NCBI GenBank assembly: GCA_040754215.1
Contig: JBFMDE010000005.1
Coordinates: 1-51,124 of the forward strand
Direction: 5' to 3'
DNA: 51,124 nucleotides
From: Chloroflexota bacterium
Lineage (GTDB): Bacteria > Chloroflexota > Dehalococcoidia > JACPPY01
Shown: in pieces, positions 9,003 to 18,455 of the stretch
How positions within the stretch are numbered: the stretch's first letter is position 1
Layout: each line of letters starts with the position of its first letter
Notes under the pieces: generated by a model
Told to the model about the DNA's origin: nothing
The model's database searches: none
The model's input: only the letters and a program-made list of their open reading frames with translations
Position numbers and translations under genes: made by a program

Positions 9003-10499
9003 TCACGGCATTCCCAGAAGGGCTACGATCGGTTTCGTGCCCATCTGGATGATGTTAGTCAGGATGGCCGGATACAGGCCAATCAACATTATCAAGGCAC
9101 AGAAAGAGAAGATGCAGACCATCTCCACACGGTCGGCATCCGGCACATGGGCGTATTGTTCCAGCGGCGGGCCGTAGAACACTCGCTGTAGCAGCCACAG
9201 GATGTACCCCGCGGTCAGCACTATGCCGAAGGCGGAGAGCAGCGTCATCACACGAGCGGAGTCGAAGGCGCTGCTGGTGAAACTACCGACGAAGACGAGG
9301 AACTCGGCGGCGAAGCCGCTGGTCCCTGGAAGGCCCAGGGAAGCCAGGCCCGCCAGGCTGAAGACTACCGCGATGACCGGCATGCGGCGTGCCAGCCCTC
9401 CGAGGGTGGTGAGGTTGCGGTTGTGCGTCTTGTCATACACCAGGCCGACCATGGCGAAGAGAAGGCCGGTGACTATGCCGTGGCTGAACATCTGTAGTGT
9501 GGCGCCGGTGAGGCTGACGGAGGTAAGGGCGAAGATGCCGAGCAGCACCAGACCCATGTGACTCACGCTGCTGTAGGCGATGAGCCGCTTGAGGTCCGTT
9601 TGTCTCAAGGTTACCGCTGCCCCATAGAGGACGTTCACCACTGCCAGCGCGGCCAGTATGGGGGCAAGGGACCTGGCTACATCCGGGAAGAACCCTACGT
9701 TGAACCGGATCATGCCATATCCGCCCATCTTCAGCAGCACGCCTGCCAGGACGACGCTCACGGCGGTGGGGGCGTCAGTGTGTGCGTCCGGCAGCCAGGT
9801 ATGTAGCGGAAACACGGGCAGCTTGATGGCAAAGCCGATCAGCAGCAGGACGAACATCCCTGTCAGAGGGATGACCGCCCTCAGCTCTGAAAGGTCGGTC
9901 CTGGCTATGACGCTCATGTCCATGGTGCCGACGGTGAAGTACAGGGTCAGGATGCCCGTGAGCATCATGGCGCTGCCCAGGACGGTGTATATGACGTACT
10001 TGATGGCGGAGTATTCTTTCCTGCCCGTGCCCCAGATGGAGATCAGGAAGTACATGGGCACGAGCTCTATCTCCCAGAAGATGAAGAACAGTATGAGGTC
10101 AACGGAGGCGAACACGCCGAGGACGCTGGTCTCCAGCACGAGCAGCCACACGAAATACTCGCGTGCCCTCAGGGTGACCTTCCACGACACCAGCACCACG
10201 AGCACGCCGATGATGGTGGTGAGAACCAACATAGGAAGGCTGATGCCGTCAACGCCGAGGTGGTAGGCAGCGCCTACTGCGGGGAACCAGTCGAGCTTCT
10301 CCTCGAACTGCATCAGGCCGATGGCTGCGGTGGAGCGGTCGAAGCCGGCGAAGACGTACAGGGATAGGGCGAACGAGAGCAGCGAGAATACCAGGGCCAC
10401 AGTCCGTATCGTCTTCTGCTCTGGCTTAGACAGAAGGGCGATGACGATTGCCCCCACCACCGGCAGGAAGAGTATTGCCGACAGATAAGGAAAGCTCAA
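9003..10499 (-). CDS. nuoM: Complex I-like subunit M
   Basis: LGVDGIS, FWEIELVPMYFLI, KLPVFPLHTWLPDAHTDAPT, DLKRLIAYSSVSHMG. Confidence 0.95.
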   Translation of the reverse strand: MSFPYLSAILFLPVVGAIVIALLSKPEQKTIRTVALVFSLLSFALSLYVFAGFDRSTAAIGLMQFEEKLDWFPAVGAAYHLGVDGISLPMLVLTTIIGVLVVLVSWKVTLRAREYFVWLLVLETSVLGVFASVDLILFFIFWEIELVPMYFLISIWGTGRKEYSAIKYVIYTVLGSAMMLTGILTLYFTVGTMDMSVIARTDLSELRAVIPLTGMFVLLLIGFAIKLPVFPLHTWLPDAHTDAPTAVSVVLAGVLLKMGGYGMIRFNVGFFPDVARSLAPILAALAVVNVLYGAAVTLRQTDLKRLIAYSSVSHMGLVLLGIFALTSVSLTGATLQMFSHGIVTGLLFAMVGLVYDKTHNRNLTTLGGLARRMPVIAVVFSLAGLASLGLPGTSGFAAEFLVFVGSFTSSAFDSARVMTLLSAFGIVLTAGYILWLLQRVFYGPPLEQYAHVPDADRVEMVCIFSFCALIMLIGLYPAILTNIIQMGTKPIVALLGMP

Positions 10500-10513
10500 A
10501 CCCCTTTACTCCT

Positions 10514-12508
10514 TCAGTGCCAGAAGTAGAAGCCCACCAGAATGGCCACTATCCCTATGACGATGGCTACGGCGTATCCTTGTAGTTGTCCTGTCTGTGT
10601 CCGCCGTATGCCCCTACCCAACAGGATGGCTCCATCTGAGATGCCATTGGCAGTCCCGTCCACTACCTTTTCGTCCAGCACTTGACTGCCGCGGAACAGC
10701 CCGTTCAACAATGCCGAGCGGACGACGACACCCTCGTACAGTTCGTCCATCCAGTATTTCCTCGACAGCATGGTGTATATGGGGGAGAACGCCCTGCCGA
10801 CCGCCTCGGCGGATATCCATTTCCTGGCGTACATGGCGTAGGCCAGGAAGATGCCCAGGCCTGCTACGATGAGCGATGCCCAGGGCAGTGGGTGTGCGAA
10901 GATGCCGAACAGCCCCTCCAGCAGTGTCTTCTCCTCGACGTGATGGCCGAGGAAGGAGGTGAAGGCCCCGCTCAGGTTGACCCAGCCTGACGCCACTGAC
11001 AGGATTGCCAGGATGACCATGGGGACGAGCATGACCGCCGGTGATTCGTGCGGCTTTGGCGGGTGAGCGCCGTGTGCGGAGGAGCCATGTGCGCCATGCG
11101 CACTGCTTGGCTCGCCGCCCCGGTATTCGCCGGCGAAGGTCATGAACACCGCGCGGAACACGTAGAAGGCAGTCATGAACACCGTGACCAGTGCGAGGTA
11201 GAACCAGACCGGGGTGTAGCTCCAGCTCACCGCCAGTATCTCGTCCTTGCTCCAGAAGCCGGCAAGGGGCCAGATGCCTGCCAGGCTTAGAGATGCGATG
11301 ACGAAGGTCACGGTGGTATAGGGCATGTATTTGCGGAGCCCGCCCATGTAGCGCATGTCGAACGTGCCGGTGGCATGGTTCACGCTGCCCGAGCCGAGGA
11401 AGAGGAGGCACTTGAAGAAGGCGTGATTGAAGAGGTGGAAGATGCCGGCCGCGATGCCTATGGCGACGGCCTCCTCTGTCTCTAAGTGCCCGCCCGAGGC
11501 GTAGGCTGCGAGGCCACCTGCGCCGAGGCCTAGCATCATGTAGCCCAACTGGCTGACCGTGGAGTAGGCCATGACGCGCTTGATGTCGTTCATCACCAGG
11601 CCCATGCTCGCGGCGAAGATGGCGGTGAACGCTCCTATGCCGGCGACAACGTTGAGTGCCTGTTCTGAGTAGGCGAAGAGGGGGAAGGTCCGTGCTACGA
11701 GGAATACTCCGGCTGCCACCATGGTGGCGGCGTGAATGAGCGAGCTGACCGGAGTGGGACCTTCCATAGCGTCCGGCAGCCATGTGTGCAGCGGAAACTG
11801 GGCCGACTTGCCTGCGGCGCCGGAAAAGATACCGACTGCGGCCCAGGTGAGGGTAGTGCCCGCAATTGCCCCGGTCATCGCCGCGTGACGCAGGGTCTCG
11901 ATGTCAAAGGTATGCTGGGACAGGTAGAGGCTGAGGATGCCGGCGAGGAAGCCGAAGTCGCCGAGGCGGGTGACCAGGAAGGCCTTCTTGGCCGCATTGG
12001 CCGCCGCTGGCTTGTGGAACCAGAACCCGATGAGCAGGTAAGAGCACAGGCCGACGCCCTCCCAGAAGACATACATGAAGACCAGGCTGTCTGCCATCAC
12101 CAGGCCCAGCATGTTGGCGGTGAACAGGGCCATCCAGGCGAAGTACCTGGGGTACCCCGGGTCGCCGTGCATATAGCCCTGGGAGTATATCTGTACCAGC
12201 AGTGATACCGAGGTCACCACCACGAGCATCACCGCGGTCAAAGAGTCTACAAGCATGCCAATCTTGATGGTGAAGCCGTTTATCAGCACCCACTCTACAT
12301 CCGGTATCTCGAGCACATGATGGGGAGCCTGCATCACCGCGACCAGTGTCCATATGGAGAGCGCCAGGGACGCTGCTATCGAGACGATGGTGGCATATCC
12401 GCTCCACTCTGGCTTGTGGTTGAAGAAAGGACGGAGAATGAAGGTGATGACTATGAAAGCGAATATCGGTAGCGTCCAGATGAACCAAGCGAGCTGGTGC
12501 GGCATCAC
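10514..12508 (-). CDS. nuoL: Complex I-like subunit L
   Basis: YSQGYMHGD, WEGVGLCSYLLIGFW, GKSAQFPLHTWLPDAMEGPTPVSSLIHAATMV, QTGQLQGY. Confidence 0.95.
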   Translation of the reverse strand: MMPHQLAWFIWTLPIFAFIVITFILRPFFNHKPEWSGYATIVSIAASLALSIWTLVAVMQAPHHVLEIPDVEWVLINGFTIKIGMLVDSLTAVMLVVVTSVSLLVQIYSQGYMHGDPGYPRYFAWMALFTANMLGLVMADSLVFMYVFWEGVGLCSYLLIGFWFHKPAAANAAKKAFLVTRLGDFGFLAGILSLYLSQHTFDIETLRHAAMTGAIAGTTLTWAAVGIFSGAAGKSAQFPLHTWLPDAMEGPTPVSSLIHAATMVAAGVFLVARTFPLFAYSEQALNVVAGIGAFTAIFAASMGLVMNDIKRVMAYSTVSQLGYMMLGLGAGGLAAYASGGHLETEEAVAIGIAAGIFHLFNHAFFKCLLFLGSGSVNHATGTFDMRYMGGLRKYMPYTTVTFVIASLSLAGIWPLAGFWSKDEILAVSWSYTPVWFYLALVTVFMTAFYVFRAVFMTFAGEYRGGEPSSAHGAHGSSAHGAHPPKPHESPAVMLVPMVILAILSVASGWVNLSGAFTSFLGHHVEEKTLLEGLFGIFAHPLPWASLIVAGLGIFLAYAMYARKWISAEAVGRAFSPIYTMLSRKYWMDELYEGVVVRSALLNGLFRGSQVLDEKVVDGTANGISDGAILLGRGIRRTQTGQLQGYAVAIVIGIVAILVGFYFWH

Positions 12509-12699
12509 AGTTTCCTCAGGACCTCATCAATCACGTGCGCCTTCTCCTGAGATACCAGGACCCTGTATGTAGCGGACTCGCCGACACCCGGCTTCGTGGT
12601 GTCGGGCAATATCCGTGTGGGTATTCCTTCGCCCTCGAAGAGCTCTTTCCATGCCTCGGCTATCATCAGGTTCGACGCTGTCTTGACCTGGACCCACAT
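12505..12699 (-). CDS. Small DUF2007-like (PII-like fold) protein
   Basis: 64 aa with the A..WKELFEGEGIP...YRVLV pattern typical of DUF2007. It fills the nuoK-nuoL gap and its stop overlaps the nuoL start. Confidence 0.7.
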   Translation of the reverse strand: MWVQVKTASNLMIAEAWKELFEGEGIPTRILPDTTKPGVGESATYRVLVSQEKAHVIDEVLRKL

Positions 12700-12706
12700 A
12701 CTGTAC

Positions 12707-13018
12707 CTACCATTTCATGAGGTTGACCTTGTCCACGTCGACCGTCTTGCGCGCGCGGTAGATGGCCATGATTATGGCCAGACCCACGACGGCCTCGGCG
12801 GCGGCAACCACGATGACAAACAGGGCGAAAACCTGTCCGGTCAACACGGGAGGATTCAGGTATCTCGAGAAGGCAACCAGCGCGATGTTTGCTGCGTTGA
12901 GCATGAGCTCGATGGACATAAGGATGACCACGGCGTTCCGCCTGCTCATAGCGCCGTAGAGTCCGATGGAGAAGAGGATGGCCGAGAGGATGAGATAGTG
13001 TTGCAGCCCTACCGACAT
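12707..13018 (-). CDS. nuoK: Complex I-like subunit K
   Basis: [41 protein letters not shown]. Confidence 0.95.
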   Translation of the reverse strand: MSVGLQHYLILSAILFSIGLYGAMSRRNAVVILMSIELMLNAANIALVAFSRYLNPPVLTGQVFALFVIVVAAAEAVVGLAIIMAIYRARKTVDVDKVNLMKW

Positions 13019-13043
13019 TTCGTTCCTCTCCTTGACTTTCCCG

Positions 13044-13532
13044 TTACTTCTCTCTTATCAGGAGCATGGCACCAATGACCGCTGCCAGCAGCAGGGCGGC
13101 TGAAACCTCCAGTGGCAATATGAACCCGCCCTTCCCGAAGAGTGCGACGCCCAGTGCTGCTGTAGTAGGTTCCGGGGCGGGTAGGGTTCCGGTGTTCCAC
13201 TGGCTCTTGAGTAGCGTGAATACCAGCACGGCGCCGAAGAGCAGAAAGGCGATGACCGCAGGGATGCCCACGGCGCTTGGTCTGCTGGCCTGCCACACAT
13301 CGCGGGTCAGCATGATCGCGAGGATGATGAGTATGGATATAGCACCGACGTAGATGAGTACCTGTACCACTGCAAGCAGGTCTGCGCCGAGAGAGGCGTA
13401 GAGGCCGGCTATCATGAAGAAACACAGCATCATGGCCAGGGCGGCGCGGAATACATTGCGGAGCACTACCACCGCAAGTGCCGAGACCACGGCTATTACC
13501 GCCAGTATCCAGAAAACGATGTCGAAGGTCAC
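13044..13532 (-). CDS. nuoJ: Complex I-like subunit J
   Basis: [36 protein letters not shown]. Operon position. Confidence 0.93.
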   Translation of the reverse strand: MTFDIVFWILAVIAVVSALAVVVLRNVFRAALAMMLCFFMIAGLYASLGADLLAVVQVLIYVGAISILIILAIMLTRDVWQASRPSAVGIPAVIAFLLFGAVLVFTLLKSQWNTGTLPAPEPTTAALGVALFGKGGFILPLEVSAALLLAAVIGAMLLIREK

Positions 13533-14050
13533 TACCGGGCGCTCCTGCTCTTCTTTCTGCCTGCCCGTTCCAGCAGCAGTGTCTGTTTGGGCAGCGTCTT
13601 CTCTGTATTCGGCCTGAAGTACCCGGAGGGCTGTCTCTCCGGGGTCTCGATCAGTTCTTCCTTGCCGAGGACCAGCTCCTCTCTGCGGTAGCGGGCCAGT
13701 TCGTATCTGTACCCCATGTACAGGGCATCGTAGGGGCAGGACTCGACGCAGAGGCCGCAGAACATGCAGCGTCCGGTGTCTACTTCGAACTTCTCAACCT
13801 CGTAGAAGTTGTTGTTCCCTCGCCCTGTGACGATTTCGATGTTGCCTTGGGGACAGGCCTTGGCGCAGGTGGCACACCCGGTGCATCTTTTCGGATACCA
13901 GACGAACTCATTGCCACGGGAGCGTCTGGAGATGACGAGCCTGCCTTCGGGGTAAGAGGTCGTTATCGCCCGCCCCAGCAGGTTTTTCATCGTGACCGTC
14001 ATGCCCTTCAGGATGCCGGTCCCAAACGGGTGCTCAAACTTTGACTTCAA
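13532..14050 (-). CDS. nuoI: Complex I-like subunit I (2x[4Fe-4S])
   Basis: CTGCATCAKACP and CMFCGLCVESCP. TTG start at 14050 is preceded by GGAGG (the ORF track uses GTG 14062). Confidence 0.92.
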   Translation of the reverse strand: MKSKFEHPFGTGILKGMTVTMKNLLGRAITTSYPEGRLVISRRSRGNEFVWYPKRCTGCATCAKACPQGNIEIVTGRGNNNFYEVEKFEVDTGRCMFCGLCVESCPYDALYMGYRYELARYRREELVLGKEELIETPERQPSGYFRPNTEKTLPKQTLLLERAGRKKSRSAR

Positions 14051-15170
14051 CTCTTCCTCCACCGAGGGTGAACATCCTGGGCCAGAGAAGGATGAGCGCT
14101 CCGGCTATGGCGAAGTTGACCGGGACCAGCACCCAGGTGAAGCCCTCGGGCCAGAAAAGCACTTCAATGGCGGTGATGACCAGGTTGATGACGGCCAGGG
14201 GCAGGAGCCCCTTCCAGGCGAAGCCCATGAGCTGGTCCACGCGCAGTCGGGGCAGGGTGGCCCTGACCCAGAAACCAACGAAGAACACGGCCACCATCTT
14301 GATGACCAGCCAGATTATCGGATGCAGCCACGGGCCCTTCCAGCCCGCGAGGAAGAAGGTCGAGAAGAGGGCCGAAGCGGCAACCGCATGGCCGTATTCC
14401 GCCACATAGAAGAGCGCGAATTTCATCCCCGAGTATTCAGTATGGTATCCGGCTATTATCTCTGACTCCGCCTCCAGGAGGTCGAAGGGGCTGCGGTTGA
14501 TCTCCGCAGACATGGCGAGGAAGTAGATGATGGCGGCCAGCGGCTGGAGCAGGATGTAGGGGATGTTCTGGGAGTTGACGAGGGTGTTCAGTGAAAGGGT
14601 GCCGGCGATGAATACCACACCCAGGACCGAGAGCACCATCGGGATTTCATAGCTCACCATCTGGGCCACGCCGCGCATGGCCGCGATAAGGGTGTACTTG
14701 TTGCTGGAGGCCCACCCGGCCATGAAGATGCCCACTGTGCCCACAGAGCTGATCGCTATCATGTACAGGATGCCCACGTTGAGGTCGGCGAGCAGGGCTC
14801 CGTTGCCGAATATCGGCACCACTGCGAAGACCGCGAATGCGGGGATGACGGTGATAAGGGGCGCCAGCAAGTGAACCAGCCCGTCCGCCTTGGCCGGAAC
14901 TATGTCCTCCTTGAGCAGCAGCTTGATGAGGTCGGCAAAGGCCTGGAGGACGCCCTCGGGTCCGGCACGGTTTGGCCCCAGCCTGATCTGGAAGCGGGCC
15001 ACTCCCCTGCGTTCAGCGTAGATGAAGACGATGATCATGACCAGCGCGAAGGCGATGATCAGGACCACGAAGAAGAGCAGGTGCCACCACTGGCCTCCGG
15101 GCCAGTCCGGCGGCAGGGCAGCCTGAAGCTGCGACCCCTGCAGGTTCAGTGCCTGGTCTGCGATTGCCAT
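14034..15170 (-). CDS. nuoH: Complex I-like subunit H
   Basis: AERRGVARFQIRLGPNRAG, ADLIKLLLKED, RSPFDLLEAESEIIAGYHTEYSG, LPRLRVDQL. ATG at 15170 overlaps the nuoD stop; the longer ORF-track start lies inside nuoD. Confidence 0.94.
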   Translation of the reverse strand: MAIADQALNLQGSQLQAALPPDWPGGQWWHLLFFVVLIIAFALVMIIVFIYAERRGVARFQIRLGPNRAGPEGVLQAFADLIKLLLKEDIVPAKADGLVHLLAPLITVIPAFAVFAVVPIFGNGALLADLNVGILYMIAISSVGTVGIFMAGWASSNKYTLIAAMRGVAQMVSYEIPMVLSVLGVVFIAGTLSLNTLVNSQNIPYILLQPLAAIIYFLAMSAEINRSPFDLLEAESEIIAGYHTEYSGMKFALFYVAEYGHAVAASALFSTFFLAGWKGPWLHPIIWLVIKMVAVFFVGFWVRATLPRLRVDQLMGFAWKGLLPLAVINLVITAIEVLFWPEGFTWVLVPVNFAIAGALILLWPRMFTLGGGRVEVKV

Positions 15171-16276
15171 CAGCGGTCTATCTCCCCCAGCACCACGTCT
15201 ATGCTGCCGAATATCGCTATCAGGTCGGCCAGCTTCCAGCCCAGGCTCATCTGGCGGAGGGTGGTTATGTTGATCAACGTGGAGGGACGCACGTGGAAGC
15301 GGTAGGGGGCGATGGAGTTGTCGCTCACCAGGTAGAAGCCCAGCTCTCCACGCGGCGCTTCGATGTGTCCATAGACCTCTCCCACCGGCGGGCGGAGCAG
15401 GTGTGGCACCGGGGTGCGGACCTCTCCCCTGGGTATCTGCTTCAGGGCCTGTTCCAGTATGCGGCAGCTCTGCCGCATCTCCTGCATCCGGCACCAGTAG
15501 CGGTCATAGACGTCCCCTGCTGTCCCCACCGGCACGTCGAACTTGAAGCGGTCGTATATGGAGTAGGGGTCCTTGCGGCGGAGGTCCCAGTCCACGCCGC
15601 TGGCGCGCAGGAACGGGCCGCTGGCGGAAGAGTTGATCGCCAGGTCACGGGGTAGTATGCCTACCCCCTTGGTACGTGCGAGAAGTATCTCGTTGGTGGT
15701 GAGGAGTCGCTCGTACTCGTCTATATAGCTTGGCATCTCTCGCACAAAACGCTTCACCGCGGGCCAGAACTCCGGCGGCGCATCGTGACTCACTCCGCCA
15801 ATGCGCATGTAGTTGTAGGTAAGGCGCTGGCCACACAGCATCTCGAACAGGTCGAGAATCTTCTCCCTCTCGCGGTACATATACATGAAGGGAGTGAAGA
15901 AGGCGCCGAGCTCGTTGAGCAGGAACCCGATCGCCATCGCGTGGCTGGCGATGCGCATCAGCTCTCCGACGATGACCCTCAGGTACTCTGCGCGTTCGGG
16001 CACAGGGATGCCGGCCAGCTTCTCCGCCGCGAGCACATAACCCCAGTTGTTGGTCATGGAGGCAAGATAGTCCAGCCTGTCGGTGAGAGGTATGTTCTGG
16101 GTGTAGGTGCGCCCCTCGGCGAGCTTCTCTATGCCTCGGTGCAAGTACCCGAACATGGGCTCTACGTCAACCACTACCTCACCGTCGAAGGTGACCCTCA
16201 TGCGGAACACGCCATGGGTCGAAGGGTGGTGTGGACCCATGTTCAAGACGAATGGCTCGGTGCGCAGTTCCGTCAC
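15170..16276 (-). CDS. nuoD: Complex I-like subunit D
   Basis: NMGPHHPSTHGVFR, GYLHRGIEK, DRLDY, EAPRGE, SIDVVLGEIDR. GTG start overlaps the nuoC stop. No NiFe-binding CxxC pairs. Confidence 0.94.
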   Translation of the reverse strand: MTELRTEPFVLNMGPHHPSTHGVFRMRVTFDGEVVVDVEPMFGYLHRGIEKLAEGRTYTQNIPLTDRLDYLASMTNNWGYVLAAEKLAGIPVPERAEYLRVIVGELMRIASHAMAIGFLLNELGAFFTPFMYMYREREKILDLFEMLCGQRLTYNYMRIGGVSHDAPPEFWPAVKRFVREMPSYIDEYERLLTTNEILLARTKGVGILPRDLAINSSASGPFLRASGVDWDLRRKDPYSIYDRFKFDVPVGTAGDVYDRYWCRMQEMRQSCRILEQALKQIPRGEVRTPVPHLLRPPVGEVYGHIEAPRGELGFYLVSDNSIAPYRFHVRPSTLINITTLRQMSLGWKLADLIAIFGSIDVVLGEIDR

Positions 16277-16710
16277 AGGTAGTCTCTCCTGAGTGGGTGT
16301 CCCGGGAAGCCCTCCCACAGCACGATACGCTTGAGGTTCGGGTGTCCTTCAAAGGCGATGCCCATGAGGTCGTAGACTTCTCTCTCCTGAAGGTCTGCCC
16401 CGCACCACACCGAGACCACGGAGGGTACGGCAGGTCTTTCCCTGTCGTAGCACCGGGTCTTGAGGGTGAGGCTTTGATTGTGTTGCAGCGAAAACAGGTG
16501 ATACACCACCTCGAAGTAGTCCATGTAGTCCACGGCGGTCAGGTTGGCCAGGTAATCCAGGGCGAACTGCGAGCTCTTCAGGAACTCGGCGACGGGAAGG
16601 AGTTTATCGCTTGCTATGATGATGCCCTTGTCGTCGGAAGAAACGATAGCCCCAGGGATACGTTTTGCGAGCTCTTCAGTTACTCCTTTGCCGGAAAGGG
16701 CAACCGTCAT
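16273..16710 (-). CDS. nuoC: Complex I-like subunit C
   Basis: LTAVDY...FEVVYHL, EREVYDLMGIAFEGHPNLKRI, GHPLRRDY. Confidence 0.94.
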   Translation of the reverse strand: MTVALSGKGVTEELAKRIPGAIVSSDDKGIIIASDKLLPVAEFLKSSQFALDYLANLTAVDYMDYFEVVYHLFSLQHNQSLTLKTRCYDRERPAVPSVVSVWCGADLQEREVYDLMGIAFEGHPNLKRIVLWEGFPGHPLRRDYL

Positions 16711-16714
16711 TTCT

Positions 16715-17344
16715 CTATTTCGCTCCCCTGGTGATGAGAGGGATGCTGAAGTAGCGGGTCACGCTCTGGGACATGATCTTTTCGTGTAGCTTCATCACGC
16801 CATACATCAATGCCTCAGGGCGTGGGGGACAGCCGGGCACGTACACGTCCACGGGCACGATGCAGTTGACGCCGGGGACCACCGCGTACGATTCTCGGAA
16901 CGTGCCGCCGCTGATGGCACACACGCCCATCGCCAGGACCCACTTAGGCTCAGGCATCTGGTCGTAGATGCGTCGCAATGCGGGTGCCATCTTCCAGGTG
17001 AGGGTGCCGCAGACCCACATGAGGTCTGCCTGGCGCGGCGAGGCCCGGAGGAGCTCCATCCCGAAACGGGATACGTCGAAGCGGGACGCAGCCAGGGAAA
17101 TCATCTCGAAAGCACAGCAAGCCAGACCGAAGTTGACCGGCCAGGTGGAATAGTGGCGTCCCCATTGTACGGCCTTGTCTACCGTGGTGAGCAGTATGTT
17201 GCGCGACAGCTCCCTCTCCTCCAGCCAGTCCGCGGGGTCGGGGATCGGCTGGTCCATGGTTCTGCGCATGCGCTCGACCTCGGCGCCCTCTGCGACGTTG
17301 AGCTCGTGACTGGAATATACAGGCAGCCCTGGCTCTATTTCCAT
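16715..17344 (-). CDS. nuoB: Complex I-like subunit B (N2 cluster)
   Basis: [45 protein letters not shown]. Start set at ATG 17344 (MEIEPG), overlapping the nuoA end. Confidence 0.94.
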   Translation of the reverse strand: MEIEPGLPVYSSHELNVAEGAEVERMRRTMDQPIPDPADWLEERELSRNILLTTVDKAVQWGRHYSTWPVNFGLACCAFEMISLAASRFDVSRFGMELLRASPRQADLMWVCGTLTWKMAPALRRIYDQMPEPKWVLAMGVCAISGGTFRESYAVVPGVNCIVPVDVYVPGCPPRPEALMYGVMKLHEKIMSQSVTRYFSIPLITRGAK

Positions 17345-17706
17345 TCGAGGGTCCTCTTCCTCCAGGCATAGAGATATCCGACTGCGAGTATGGCGATGAA
17401 TACCAAGGCGGTGACAAGGCCGAAGGTGCCCAGTACCTTGAGGTTTACCCCCCAGGCGAAGAGTAGCACGGCCGTGACGTCCAGGGCCACGAACAGCAGC
17501 GCGTAGGTGTAGTAGCGGAAGTTGAATTGGAGCCAACTCTTGCCCACGGTGACCATGCCGGACTCGTAGGGGGCCATCTTGGTGGGGTTGGGCTTGATGG
17601 GCACCATGCCGAAGAGACGGATAAAGAAGGCGATTATAGGAAGGCTGGCAGCGAAGAGGACTACGACTATCAGGAACAGGCCAACGTGTCCGAACTGTGT
17701 CAACAA
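17335..17706 (-). CDS. nuoA: Complex I-like subunit A
   Basis: [39 protein letters not shown] start at 17706 after GAGGG; the 408-aa ORF-track extension is spurious. Confidence 0.9.
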   Translation of the reverse strand: MLTQFGHVGLFLIVVVLFAASLPIIAFFIRLFGMVPIKPNPTKMAPYESGMVTVGKSWLQFNFRYYTYALLFVALDVTAVLLFAWGVNLKVLGTFGLVTALVFIAILAVGYLYAWRKRTLEWK

Positions 17707-17740
17707 GTCTAGACCCTCATGGCCAAATTGCCGAAGCGGG

Positions 17741-17769
17741 ATTATACCACTCCCCGTCATGGGGCGCAA
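17741..17769 (-). promoter_or_regulatory. Sigma70-type promoter of the nuo operon
   Basis: TTGCGC-17 nt-TATAAT with an extended TG, about 35 nt upstream of nuoA. Confidence 0.6.
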
Positions 17770-17973
17770 CAACGAGCGTTTACAGATACGGTTAAGTGGT
17801 TGATGACGTTCTGGCATGGGAGCGTGCGCGGCCGGCACGGGCTCCTGCCGGCTCATGGTGAACTCGTTCGCAGTCGCCGTACTGTTGTGATAAAATGACG
17901 CGGCAAGCTGGGCAGCTTTGCGCGGACGCCGGTGGTACGCTGGCCCGGACCACGATTGGCAGAGGAGGCTAGA

Positions 17974-18390
17974 TTGAAGCTCAAGCTCAAGATACGACGT
18001 TTCACCATGAACGACTACAACCAGGTGGCGCAGATCTGGGACATGTGCAACGTGCCTATGCCAGAGGGGCGCAAGGAAGCCCAGATGCGATTGGAGCGCG
18101 ACCCCGACCTCTTCTTGGTTGCAGACCTGAATGGCACAGTCGTCGGAGTGGCGATGGGGGCCTGGGACGGGAGACGTGCCTGGTGCCACAACTATGGCGT
18201 TGACCCGAAGTTCCGCGGTCAGGGAGTGGGCTCTGCGTTGATAAAGGCATTGGAGGACAGGGTGAGGGAGAGGGGTATCCCCAGGCTCAATGCCTTGGTG
18301 AGAAAAGATGATATCGGCGTTCAGGGGTTCTACGAGGCGTGTGGTTTCCACAGGGAGGACTGGGTGGTGATGGAGTGGAACCTGCCCTGA
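17974..18390 (+). CDS. GNAT family N-acetyltransferase
   Basis: Motif A VDPKFRGQGVGSAL and motif B FYEACGF. TTG start after GAGGAGG. Confidence 0.88.
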   Translation: MKLKLKIRRFTMNDYNQVAQIWDMCNVPMPEGRKEAQMRLERDPDLFLVADLNGTVVGVAMGAWDGRRAWCHNYGVDPKFRGQGVGSALIKALEDRVRERGIPRLNALVRKDDIGVQGFYEACGFHREDWVVMEWNLP

Positions 18391-18455
18391 ACGGTGGACG
18401 CTGGCGCGGTATATCCGCTCTTCATGAGGAGAGCTGTGTGGGTAGGCGGGCGGGC

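Noticed and set aside
10614-11783. 389-aa Arg/Pro/His-rich ORF inside nuoL, and similar long alternative-frame ORFs (7301..8077, 23962..25161, 32918..34201, 39865..40995)
   Set aside because: Off-frame or antisense shadows of confidently assigned genes, expected in GC-rich DNA. No recognisable motifs.
15170-17344. Group 4 [NiFe]-hydrogenase interpretation of the nuo-like operon
   Set aside because: The large subunit lacks both Ni-binding CxxC motifs, NuoB has the tandem CC of complex I, and NuoA and NuoJ are present.
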